Below, piece after piece: positions 45,685 to 54,797 of a stretch of DNA of 64,000 nucleotides (positions are counted from its first letter, which is position 1; every line of letters starts with the position of its first letter). Made by a program: the position numbers and the translations under genes. Source of the stretch: an uncultured bacterium (GTDB lineage: Bacteria > Verrucomicrobiota > Verrucomicrobiia > Verrucomicrobiales > DEV007); the NCBI GenBank assembly GCA_963977015.1, contig CAXBMO010000007.1, positions 192,001-256,000 of the forward strand. Direction: 5' to 3'. The notes below the pieces were generated by a model. It ran no database searches. It was not told the DNA's origin and worked only from the letters and a program-made list of their open reading frames with translations.

Positions 45685-48471
45685 ATGCCCATTCTCGGTG
45701 CTAATGTAGAAAGCAGCCCTCGCCTCAAAAAGGTGTTGGGCCGCTTTCTACTGACATCGACGAACAGTATACGTTTCCACCTGTTTGTTGCCCTCTTCCT
45801 TGTCGCGTTTCTCCCGATCCTACTTCTCTCGTTAGCGCTTAGCTCCAACCTCAAGAAATCAGCGCTAGCCGATGCCAGAAAACACGTTGAAGTCGTCGGT
45901 GATGAATTGGGGGAACGGGTCGGAGAGTTGATGCATTCGATCGAACGGCATCTTCAATCCCTTCAGTCAAATCCCAGGATTCGCAGCAAGAGTGACTCGA
46001 CTGCCGATCGGCATCGAGAAATGGAACGCCTGTTGTCCATCTATGATGACTTTGATGATATCAGCCTCTATCGGCCCGACGGATCCATCATCGCGTCAAC
46101 CAATGAAGACGGCCCTGATCCGGCTCCCTATCATGAGCACACTGCCTGGTTCAAGGAATCCGTAAAATCTGGAGAACGAGTCGTATCACGCCCCAATCGA
46201 CGTATTGGTCAGAGCGGGATGTTCTTGGTGGTCTATTTGCCGATTCGGGAGCTGTCTGGAGAAGTATACAGTGTGATGCGGGCAAGTCTTCGCTTCGATC
46301 GCATTCAGAACATTCTTGAGAGTGTTGAGCTTTCAAAAACGGGCCAGTTCATGTTGGTTGACGAGTTGAGTCTTGTGCTTCACGACCAGCAAGGTCAACC
46401 TCTCCCACGCAAGCTTGACACCGGCTTCGACTGGTCAGGGTGGCTGTCCAATCCTCGCGGAATCACTCATTTGCAGGGGGTTGAGTCGGTCTATGCCACC
46501 AAGTTGATGCATCCCACCGAAACCCGAGTCGGCTGTCATTGGCTGCTCATTGGGCATCTCCCGACCAAGCAGGCGCTCGCTACGGTTGATACGGCGCTCA
46601 AGACGATCTGGGGGTTTCTCCTATTCTCAGTGTTTGGCATTATCGTTGTGACGCCCTACGTCAGCAACCGCCTTGTGGACCGGCTCAGTCCGTTGATCAA
46701 GGCCGCACGATATGTCGCGGAGCGGGATTGGGATAAAGTAGACCTCCCGGAAGGTGGTCCATCAGAAATTTCCGCCCTGGCACAGTCTTTTGGAGGGATG
46801 GTCCAAGAGATCAGGCTGCACCAAGATGAGCTTGAAAAGAGAGTTGAGGATCGAACGCAGGAATTGGCTGAAAACCGCCGCCAACTCGAACAAGCCAATG
46901 CCCAATTGGAAGCGTCATTCCAGTCCACGCTGGAAGGAGTTCTCGTGATTGGGAACAATGGCAACATCCTTTCCATCAATCGTCAGTTTCTCCGTTTCTT
47001 CAACTTATCGAAGGACGTTACCGAACTGCTCACGGTGGAGCAACTCAACGCACGGGTTGAAGAATTGATTGAGGATCACCGAGGGTTCCAAGGCTTCGGC
47101 CAACCGTTGCTGCATACCCCGAAAGACAACAAGATCCGGCAACGCCACGAGGCGGAGTGGCACATCGAAGGAATCCACGAACGTTACCTTAAGGTTTATT
47201 CGGTCGATGTTCGCACCAAACAAGGCGACGACTTGGCGAAGATGTGGGTTCTTAGAGACTATACCGAATCTCGAGTCCTCGAAACCAACCTTCAGCAAGC
47301 ACAAAAGATGGAAGCTGTTGGCAGATTGGCAGGGGGTATTGCCCACGACTTCAACAACCTGCTCACCGGCATCATCGGGAACCTGGCGCTCGTCCACTTT
47401 GAGATGCCAAGGAACTCACCCATTCTGGAAGATCTCGAATCCGCAGAGAAGGCCGCGCAAAGGGCTGCGGAATTGGTCAAGCAATTGCTTGGGTATTCCC
47501 GTCAAAGCTTTCTCAATCTCGACGTTTGCAACCCTAACTTCCTCATCGAAGAGGTTACCACATTCCTGGGAAGAAGTTTTGATCCTGGGATCAAGATTGA
47601 TACCGATCTCTGTGATCGGATCTGGGATGTGGAGGTCGATGGTACCCAGATCAATCAGGTACTTATGAACCTTTGTGTGAATGCCAGGGATGCCATGGAG
47701 GAACATGGCAACAAAGGCGAGTTGGTGTTGAGCACTCAGAACCTGGATCTCCGTTCGAAAGACCTTCGAACCTATAGTCACGAAGCAGCGACTCCGGGAA
47801 AATACGTCTGCATCTCGGTTAGAGACAACGGTAACGGAATTCCCGACCACATTGTGGAGCACATTTTTGATCCGTTTTTCACCACCAAGGGCCAAGGCAA
47901 GGGGACGGGACTGGGCTTGGCAACGTCTCTTGGAATTGTCGAACAGCATGGCGGATGGATGACTTGTGAGACAAAGATCGGAGAAGGAACCACGTTTTTG
48001 GTTCACCTCCCAAAGGCGATCGCGGCCCGCCCGAAGAAGAAGAACATTCAAGCAAATACCCTACCCGCCCCCTTGGGAGGAAAAGAAACCCTTCTCCTGG
48101 TCGATGACGAGATGGTGGTGCGTGGCGTTTCCGAAAAATTTCTGCAAAAGAAGGGCTATAACGTGCTGACGGCCTGTGACGGAGAGGTCGGGTTGGAGGT
48201 TCACCAACAACATTCGAGGGAAATTGACCTGGTCATGCTCGACTTGACCATGCCCAAACTTTCGGGGGCCGACACTTTCAGGGAATTGCGGAACCGAAAT
48301 CCCAATCTGCCCATCATTATTTACAGCGGCTACATTGTTGATGACAAAGAATTTGAAGCTGAGAACGGCTCCAAACCCGACGCAATTCTTTGCAAGCCGT
48401 TCGATTTGCAGGACCTTGCCAAAGTGATTCGAAATATTCTCGACGAAGCCAAAGTCGAGATCGCCGCCTGA
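45685..48471 (+). CDS. Hybrid sensor histidine kinase (Cache-HAMP-PAS-HisKA-HATPase-REC)
   Basis: Two TMs flank a periplasmic domain. HAMP (EISALAQSF), H-box GGIAHDFNNLL, NLCVNARDAM, DNGNG, FFTTK..GKGTGLGL, receiver LLVDDE...MLDLTMP...KPF. Start may be 45649. Confidence 0.93.
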   Translation: MPILGANVESSPRLKKVLGRFLLTSTNSIRFHLFVALFLVAFLPILLLSLALSSNLKKSALADARKHVEVVGDELGERVGELMHSIERHLQSLQSNPRIRSKSDSTADRHREMERLLSIYDDFDDISLYRPDGSIIASTNEDGPDPAPYHEHTAWFKESVKSGERVVSRPNRRIGQSGMFLVVYLPIRELSGEVYSVMRASLRFDRIQNILESVELSKTGQFMLVDELSLVLHDQQGQPLPRKLDTGFDWSGWLSNPRGITHLQGVESVYATKLMHPTETRVGCHWLLIGHLPTKQALATVDTALKTIWGFLLFSVFGIIVVTPYVSNRLVDRLSPLIKAARYVAERDWDKVDLPEGGPSEISALAQSFGGMVQEIRLHQDELEKRVEDRTQELAENRRQLEQANAQLEASFQSTLEGVLVIGNNGNILSINRQFLRFFNLSKDVTELLTVEQLNARVEELIEDHRGFQGFGQPLLHTPKDNKIRQRHEAEWHIEGIHERYLKVYSVDVRTKQGDDLAKMWVLRDYTESRVLETNLQQAQKMEAVGRLAGGIAHDFNNLLTGIIGNLALVHFEMPRNSPILEDLESAEKAAQRAAELVKQLLGYSRQSFLNLDVCNPNFLIEEVTTFLGRSFDPGIKIDTDLCDRIWDVEVDGTQINQVLMNLCVNARDAMEEHGNKGELVLSTQNLDLRSKDLRTYSHEAATPGKYVCISVRDNGNGIPDHIVEHIFDPFFTTKGQGKGTGLGLATSLGIVEQHGGWMTCETKIGEGTTFLVHLPKAIAARPKKKNIQANTLPAPLGGKETLLLVDDEMVVRGVSEKFLQKKGYNVLTACDGEVGLEVHQQHSREIDLVMLDLTMPKLSGADTFRELRNRNPNLPIIIYSGYIVDDKEFEAENGSKPDAILCKPFDLQDLAKVIRNILDEAKVEIAA

Positions 48472-48546
48472 TGACCGACTTCGAGACCGAGCATCGAAGC
48501 TTGGATTTTCCGAGATAAATGCTACCACAAGGGCTCGCGCCTTGTA

Positions 48547-49080
48547 ATGCCTCCCGAGGAACCACAACCTTCGATTGACCAGCAACTTAGTCGGCTCCAG
48601 CCTGAATTGCGCAGGTTTGTGGGTTCACTCCTCGCCAATCCCTCCGATGTCGATGACGTTCTTCAAGAAGTAAACCTCACGGTTTGGGCCAAACGTGACG
48701 AGTTTGAGGAAGGAACCAACTTTCGAGCCTGGGCCTTTAAAATCGCTCGATTCAAAGCCCTCGCTTCCCATCGGGATACCATTCGTAGCCGGCTTAGCTT
48801 GTTCGGCGATGACCTTGGAAACAGGATCGAAAGTTTGATGATCTCGGACCCTGGTTTCACGGATGAACGCACGGAAGCTCTTCAAGCCTGCCTCAGCCAA
48901 TTGACGAGCAATCAGGTTGAGCTCTTGGAAGCCCGTTACGCCCGCGAGTCAACCCTGGTTCAACTCGCCCAAAAGAAGGGGATTAGCGCCGACTCCGCCC
49001 ATAAGGCAATCTCCCGGCTTCGCATTCAATTGCGTCAATGTGTCGAAAAACGACTGCAATCAGATCGATCTACCCCCTGA
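48547..49080 (+). CDS. ECF sigma-70 factor, Rhodopirellula/Verrucomicrobium type
   Basis: DVDDVLQEVNLTVWAKRDEFEEGTNFRAWAFKIARF; ALQACLSQL...RY...AISRLRIQLRQCVE. Confidence 0.92.
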   Translation: MPPEEPQPSIDQQLSRLQPELRRFVGSLLANPSDVDDVLQEVNLTVWAKRDEFEEGTNFRAWAFKIARFKALASHRDTIRSRLSLFGDDLGNRIESLMISDPGFTDERTEALQACLSQLTSNQVELLEARYARESTLVQLAQKKGISADSAHKAISRLRIQLRQCVEKRLQSDRSTP

Positions 49081-49138
49081 AAAATCATCGCGTCAGGAAA
49101 CTCCTTCACTTGGAATTTCCTTTTAGCCCCCTTAATCC

Positions 49139-50518
49139 ATGTCAAATCACTCCAGAGATTTCACCGATTCTTTTCAACAGTTGGTTGATCGGTGGATTGA
49201 TGGCAACATCTCACCGGATGAACTGGCGGAGTTGGAGGCTGAACTATCGACCAGCCCGGAAAAACAGCGCTACGCCGCAGAATCGTTGCTGTTTTCAGAG
49301 CAACTGGCGCTCGAAATGGAAACGCCTCAAGTTCGGAAGCCCGCACCACGGGAGCTCATCAAACGCCGAACCCTCGTTTTGGCAGCAATTGGAGCAACTT
49401 TCTGTTTCTTGATCTTGTTGGTGAATCTGGGGAATCACGCAGAACCGCCAGGCGGGTCCCCAGATTTTGCATTCATTGATCGGCTCGAAAATGCGGAGTG
49501 GCTTACCACTGAGCAAACGCCGACTTTTGACTCGGAAGTCATCCGCGGAGAATCGCTCAAACTCGCAAAAGGGTTCGTAGGAGTAACCTTCACCAACGGA
49601 ACCCGGCTCCTGATTGAAGGGCCCAGTTCCTTGACCATTCACGATACGCATTCGGTCACGCTGGAGAACGGAAAACTCGTGCTCAGCTTACCAGCAGGTT
49701 CGGACTCCTTCTCCATCGAAAGCGCCGGATACCAAATCCAGGTCGCCTCAAATAGCAGAGAATCACACGAAGGAAACCTCTATGGTTTGTTGTATGATCG
49801 CCCCAAAAATCTTCTTCAAACCAGCGTCTACTCCGGCGACGTCGAAATTCAGCCTTTGGCGGATGGAAAACAGGCTACAATTGGCGCAATGCCCGTGTTC
49901 AACGAGGTTCCCATCGCGGAATCGTTCTCTCTCGCCCTCGAGCGGACCGAGGCTTCTGCGGCAGCCCATCGACTTGAGATTCAGCTGAAGAACGAAGAGA
50001 CCGGTGACGGATTTTTCCAACTGATTGAATCTTCGACTTCTCGGGAAAGCTCCCCACCAAGCGAGTGTTGGCTGAAATTGTTTACCGAAGCCCAAAGTCA
50101 AAGCGACGATTTTCTCGTTCAAGGAAGCACGGGAAGAATCGCCAAAAAATCCGATTCGTTTGGATGTTTTGCGTTTCCGCCGGACGCGATGCGAATCAGA
50201 CTTTCCCACGATCACCCAATGCAGGGAGAAGCGTTTCTGTTCGCGAAAAACCCCTCATTTCACCGGAGTGATTTTCTGGGACGATGGACAATCTCGACTC
50301 ATTCAGCAGCAAAGGCCTCGGCTAAACTTCTCAGGCTTCGCTCTGACGGAAGCATCGTTTCAGAGAGTCAGCACCGCCCCAAAACCAATTGGTATTTCCG
50401 GGCTGGCCTCGTTTATCTCATCGACTCGAACGGCAACATCAAAGATCGATGGCTTCCGATGGACTCCGATCACTTGATTTCCGAAGCCGATCATTCCGTC
50501 TTGATCGAGCGATATTGA
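49139..50518 (+). CDS. FecR-like anti-sigma factor
   Basis: N-terminal LVDRWIDGNISPDELAELE, a single TM, then LKLAKG.V.VTF.NGTRLLIEGPS...LENGKL (FecR-like). Directly follows the ECF sigma. Confidence 0.75.
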   Translation: MSNHSRDFTDSFQQLVDRWIDGNISPDELAELEAELSTSPEKQRYAAESLLFSEQLALEMETPQVRKPAPRELIKRRTLVLAAIGATFCFLILLVNLGNHAEPPGGSPDFAFIDRLENAEWLTTEQTPTFDSEVIRGESLKLAKGFVGVTFTNGTRLLIEGPSSLTIHDTHSVTLENGKLVLSLPAGSDSFSIESAGYQIQVASNSRESHEGNLYGLLYDRPKNLLQTSVYSGDVEIQPLADGKQATIGAMPVFNEVPIAESFSLALERTEASAAAHRLEIQLKNEETGDGFFQLIESSTSRESSPPSECWLKLFTEAQSQSDDFLVQGSTGRIAKKSDSFGCFAFPPDAMRIRLSHDHPMQGEAFLFAKNPSFHRSDFLGRWTISTHSAAKASAKLLRLRSDGSIVSESQHRPKTNWYFRAGLVYLIDSNGNIKDRWLPMDSDHLISEADHSVLIERY

Positions 50519-50531
50519 TCGCCAGCCAACG

Positions 50532-51536
50532 TTATTGGTCGCGAAGGAAAAGGGGCAACTCCTCACTCACGTTACCGGAAGAAATATCTTTGCGCAGGCT
50601 CGGGTTCACCCCCTTGAAGTACTGAAACAAATCACTGTCAGTCGAAAGAATCACCGTCGTGTCCTTCCCGATGATCTGCTTATAAACTTCCATGGTCCGG
50701 GTGAACTCGTAAAAGTTCACCGCATCTTCACTTTGGTTGAAAGCATCGGCATAAATCTGGGTCGCTTGTGCATCGGCGCGTCCCTGAATCTCTTGAACCC
50801 GCTTATACCCGTCAGATTCGATCTCCTTGAGTTCCCGATCCATTTTCCCGAGAATGAGAGAAGCCTCTTCGTCGCCCTCAGAACGGATTTGCTCAGCAAT
50901 CTGTTCCCGTTCACTCGCCATTCTGCGGTGGATCTCCATAATGACATTCTGATCCTTGTAGTTAACCCGCTTGAATCGCAAATCGAGAAGCTTGATGCCC
51001 AGATCCTCCAGTTCCTTATCAGCTTGAGCCCGGATTTGCTCTTCGATTTTATTTCGCCCGATCTCAATTGCCTTCAATTCGGTACTGATCTCCAAACCTT
51101 CGTCAGGTTCGCGATTGGATGAACGAACGACCTCAACCAACTCATGCCGAGCGATCGCCTTCAACGTCTCGCCCGCCAAGATATCATCGAGCCGCGATTC
51201 CGCGCTGCGCTCGTCTCGCAAACGGAGGAAGAACTGGAGAGGATCGACAATCTGCCATCGTCCGTAGGTATCCACCTGAATGAACAGCTTATCTTTCGTC
51301 TGCATCGGGGTGGAAACCCCATCCCATTCCAATACCCGGCGATCGAGAACATTCACTTCCTGAACAAAGGGAAGCTTGAAGTGAAGCCCTTCTTTCTGAA
51401 CCGGCTTGCCAACCGGCTTGCCGAATTGCGTAAGAATAACCTGCTCGGTCGGATCAATAACATAGACCGACATCCAAACGACCAAGGCCGCAATTACCAG
51501 CAATAGACTGCTGGCCATAATTCCAAATTGTTTCAT
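50532..51536 (-). CDS. hflC: FtsH modulator HflC
   Basis: N-terminal TM, EQVILTQFGKP, GLHFKLPF, TKDK, RMASER, FYEFTRTM..Y, LSTDSDLF.YF. Confidence 0.93.
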   Translation of the reverse strand: MKQFGIMASSLLLVIAALVVWMSVYVIDPTEQVILTQFGKPVGKPVQKEGLHFKLPFVQEVNVLDRRVLEWDGVSTPMQTKDKLFIQVDTYGRWQIVDPLQFFLRLRDERSAESRLDDILAGETLKAIARHELVEVVRSSNREPDEGLEISTELKAIEIGRNKIEEQIRAQADKELEDLGIKLLDLRFKRVNYKDQNVIMEIHRRMASEREQIAEQIRSEGDEEASLILGKMDRELKEIESDGYKRVQEIQGRADAQATQIYADAFNQSEDAVNFYEFTRTMEVYKQIIGKDTTVILSTDSDLFQYFKGVNPSLRKDISSGNVSEELPLFLRDQ

Positions 51537-52507
51537 TTCTGACCTCCCAGATTAAGTAGTGGAAGCAGTTGCTTCGTTTCCTCGTCAATAATGACTTTGC
51601 TCCCAAGTTGAGGAACGACCTCCTGAAGGGTTTCAAGATAGATTCGGCGCTTGGTCACTTCCGGCGCTTTCTCATATTCCTCAAACAAAGCCATAAATTT
51701 CGCCGCGTCGCCCTCCGCTCGATTCACTCGTTCGGTCGCATAACCTTCTGCTTCGGCAACCAAACGTTCAGCTTTACCACGAGCCTGCGGAATTGTGCTG
51801 AGATATTCCCGATTCGCCTGATTGATCTTGGTGATCTTTTCCTGCTCAGCCTTGTTCACGTCCTGAAACGCGTCATCCAGAGCTTGAGGCGGGTTCACGT
51901 CTTTTAATTGGATCTGGGTAATATCGATCCCCATTCCATATTGACTTACCAGTTCTCGAAGTGCTTCGAATGCCTGCTGCTCAATCCCCGCACGGCCAAC
52001 CGTCAATACTTCATCAACGGTGCGATCTCCGACCACTTCACGCATCACCGATTCCGTGGCGTCTCGCAGGGTGGGTTCCGGATTTCTTACGTTAAACAAA
52101 TACTTTTCCGGCTCGGTAATCCGGTATTGAACCACCCACGTCACATTCACCGCATTCAAATCACCGGTGACCATGTCTTTCTCAAGTTCACGTTCCCCAC
52201 GATCCGGCGAGAACTGCCAGCGATTCGTAGCGCCCTGACTCATGATGCCAAATTCCAGTTTCTTCTGCCGCTTGACCTCTACCTTGCGGATCTGGTCAAT
52301 TCCCCATGGCAACCTCCAATGAAGGCCCGGCCCTTTCACCGGAAGGGGTTTCCCCAAACGGAGAACAACCACTTCGGAGTCTGCGGGAACCTGATAAAAA
52401 AGGGTTCCAGCAGTTCCAAGCAAGAGGATCAGAAATACAGCTGTGACCAACTTCCCGAAGGAAAGGTTGAACTTGGGAAGCTGCGGATTGGGAGGTGGTG
52501 CAGGCAT
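51533..52507 (-). CDS. hflK: FtsH modulator HflK
   Basis: GPGLHW, MVTGDLN, ESVMREVVG, VNPP..L..AF.DV, IPQARG.A, AEGDA, YEKAPEVTKRRIYLET. Confidence 0.93.
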   Translation of the reverse strand: MPAPPPNPQLPKFNLSFGKLVTAVFLILLLGTAGTLFYQVPADSEVVVLRLGKPLPVKGPGLHWRLPWGIDQIRKVEVKRQKKLEFGIMSQGATNRWQFSPDRGERELEKDMVTGDLNAVNVTWVVQYRITEPEKYLFNVRNPEPTLRDATESVMREVVGDRTVDEVLTVGRAGIEQQAFEALRELVSQYGMGIDITQIQLKDVNPPQALDDAFQDVNKAEQEKITKINQANREYLSTIPQARGKAERLVAEAEGYATERVNRAEGDAAKFMALFEEYEKAPEVTKRRIYLETLQEVVPQLGSKVIIDEETKQLLPLLNLGGQK

Positions 52508-52533
52508 GGGCTAAGGGTAATAGTTTAACGCAA

Positions 52534-53481
52534 CTACTTCACCCACGCGGAGTGAAGCGCTTCGCAGTTTTCAAGGCTAACTTCTCCCTTCTGAATCACC
52601 AAACGGTATTTCACCTCAAGTGGCTTATCGGGAGTCACATCAGCGACAAAGTAAGATCCAAACCGGCCATAATCGCGCTCGCTATAGGTCGCAGGTTTGG
52701 GATTCTCTGGATGATCAAGATACACCGTGGTATAGCGCTCTCCGCCCACAACAAAACTCATCGCCTTCCAAGGCAAATTGGTAATATTCGCGGCACCGCG
52801 ATTCTCCTTCCCAAGATTGATGGTTTTGCCCATCTCTGCTTTGCCACTCTCTGGTCGAATATAGTAGGTCTGTCCTTTCGTGGATTCAGCCACCTCATTG
52901 GATGCTCGAAACTGAAATCCAGCATGCTGCGGATCCCCATCCAAATGAACCTTGGGCACTTCGGTCGACAATGTTGAAGTGAAATCGACCACGAGTTGAT
53001 CTCCTTCTCCCATTCGAAACACCAGATCTCTTTCTTCCGTGATGAACGTCGTTCCATCGTCCTTTTTCCAAGCAATTTGAACCCGCTGATGCGCCTGCTC
53101 TTTAGTCGCTTCAGAAATCAATACCGATTCGTGCAGCTGAAACGCCTTCCGGCAATGCCAAGTGTCGACCGTGCCGGAAGTTCCATCAATCCCGCACTTG
53201 GAAAAGCCGAAGTAAATCCCTCGATGATGGGTAAATTTTCCTCCGGGCCCCTTGGTGATGAAATTTTCTCCCTGGGAATCGTAGACTTGGTGAAACGGTT
53301 TGTAAGTTTCCTCCCGGCGCTCCGGATCCATGGCCTCGGAAACGTAGCGGACGATGTTCCGGCCGTTGTACGACAAATCGGAGTGTTTTCCTGCCGTTTC
53401 CTGCCACGCGAAACCGGAGTCATCCGCGCACAAGTTTCCGACGACCAAGAGTCCAAGAAAGGTCAAAAAAGGGGCTTTCAT
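52534..53481 (-). CDS. Exported beta-rich protein (DUF6807/'PmoA-family'-like)
   Basis: Signal peptide, YKPFH, HHRGIYFG, DGDPQHAGFQFRA, DHPENP, ERDYGRFG. Confidence 0.6.
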   Translation of the reverse strand: MKAPFLTFLGLLVVGNLCADDSGFAWQETAGKHSDLSYNGRNIVRYVSEAMDPERREETYKPFHQVYDSQGENFITKGPGGKFTHHRGIYFGFSKCGIDGTSGTVDTWHCRKAFQLHESVLISEATKEQAHQRVQIAWKKDDGTTFITEERDLVFRMGEGDQLVVDFTSTLSTEVPKVHLDGDPQHAGFQFRASNEVAESTKGQTYYIRPESGKAEMGKTINLGKENRGAANITNLPWKAMSFVVGGERYTTVYLDHPENPKPATYSERDYGRFGSYFVADVTPDKPLEVKYRLVIQKGEVSLENCEALHSAWVK

Positions 53482-53492
53482 ACGACGCCTCC

Positions 53493-54350
53493 TTAGTGCG
53501 GCTTCCCGTATTTCGCAATCAGTTCCTTGATCCTTGCGGCCCGGTTTCCGGGGTTGGGATGAGTACTCATGAATTCGGGCTGCCGGGCGCCTCCCGAGGC
53601 TTGCTCCAGAACCTTCATCACGCCGATCAACCCCTCGGGATTATATCCCGCCGCAATCATGATCTGAACCCCAAGCGAATCCGCCTGATACTCGTCTTCC
53701 CTTCCGTAGCGAGTCGTCAGCATCTGATTGACCATCCCGGCAACCGCCGCATTCTGGCCATTTTCCGACACCAGAACGCCGGCAGCCTGACCAATTCCCG
53801 CATTTCTCATCCGCACCGCAATTTGTTCGGCAGAATGCCGCCCGATAACGTGGCCAATTTCATGACCAATCACCCCAGCCACTTCATCCTCACCCGGCAA
53901 CATCTTGTAAAGGCCGTACGTCATGAACACCTGTCCACCAGGCAGCGCAAAGGCATTGATGGTATCCGGGTCCCGGAGCAGGTGAAACTCAAATTTATAC
54001 GGAGTTTCGCCAACCGACGCGAGCAGCCTCGCTCCAATCTGATCAATTTGCCGCTGGAGCCCTTGATCCGGGTGATCGCCACCATGCTGTTGTTTCATGG
54101 GATCGACCGCCTGCAATCCCATCGCGATCTCCATTTCCGGAGTCATCTCTTTCGGGATCCGTTGCTCTTCGCCCGTATACTCGTTTAGCTCGGTTTTGGT
54201 TGAGCCGTAGTAGCTTATAAACGCAACCGCAAGCATGATTAGGGCCAGGAAAATGCGCCCTGAACAACCGCCTTTTCCGGGACGACCGGGCCGCCCTCCG
54301 GCGGATCTCCGCATTCCGCCAAACATCATTCGAGCAGGTATGTCACTCAT
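53493..54350 (-). CDS. M48 family zinc metallopeptidase
   Basis: NAFALPGG, GHEIGHV (HExxH), EYQAD..G, AGYNP, FMSTHP. Confidence 0.93.
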   Translation of the reverse strand: MSDIPARMMFGGMRRSAGGRPGRPGKGGCSGRIFLALIMLAVAFISYYGSTKTELNEYTGEEQRIPKEMTPEMEIAMGLQAVDPMKQQHGGDHPDQGLQRQIDQIGARLLASVGETPYKFEFHLLRDPDTINAFALPGGQVFMTYGLYKMLPGEDEVAGVIGHEIGHVIGRHSAEQIAVRMRNAGIGQAAGVLVSENGQNAAVAGMVNQMLTTRYGREDEYQADSLGVQIMIAAGYNPEGLIGVMKVLEQASGGARQPEFMSTHPNPGNRAARIKELIAKYGKPH

Positions 54351-54797
54351 CTTGGTGAAATGTTAGACAGGCAATGAACTCCTGTCCAAGCAAAACCATG
54401 AGAGGAATCCGCGTGAGATCGATGCCACGGATCGCATTCCTGCGGGTCAGACCTCAATCCATCCGACCTCAAACTGAACCACTGGGCTAGCTCGAACCAC
54501 TTTCCCCCTCAGAATTCGCACTCTCGGATTGATGCTTGCTGCCACAATTTCCGGCACCCTTGCCGTGAAGATCGCAGGTCTGGCAACAGCACGGCTTTTT
54601 CGCAATCGGAGGATCGCTCCGTTCCTGGGTGGAATCGTAGTCGTTTTCACCCAGGGAATCGATTTCGGTATGAATTTGCACGCCAGCATTCTGCAGGACA
54701 TTCCTCGACCTGGCTTAGCCATAATTGTGTTGGCTTGTGCAGATTTTGCGGGCAAGATTATCAACGTAGCCCCCGTGTTTTCGCCAACCCAAATGCA

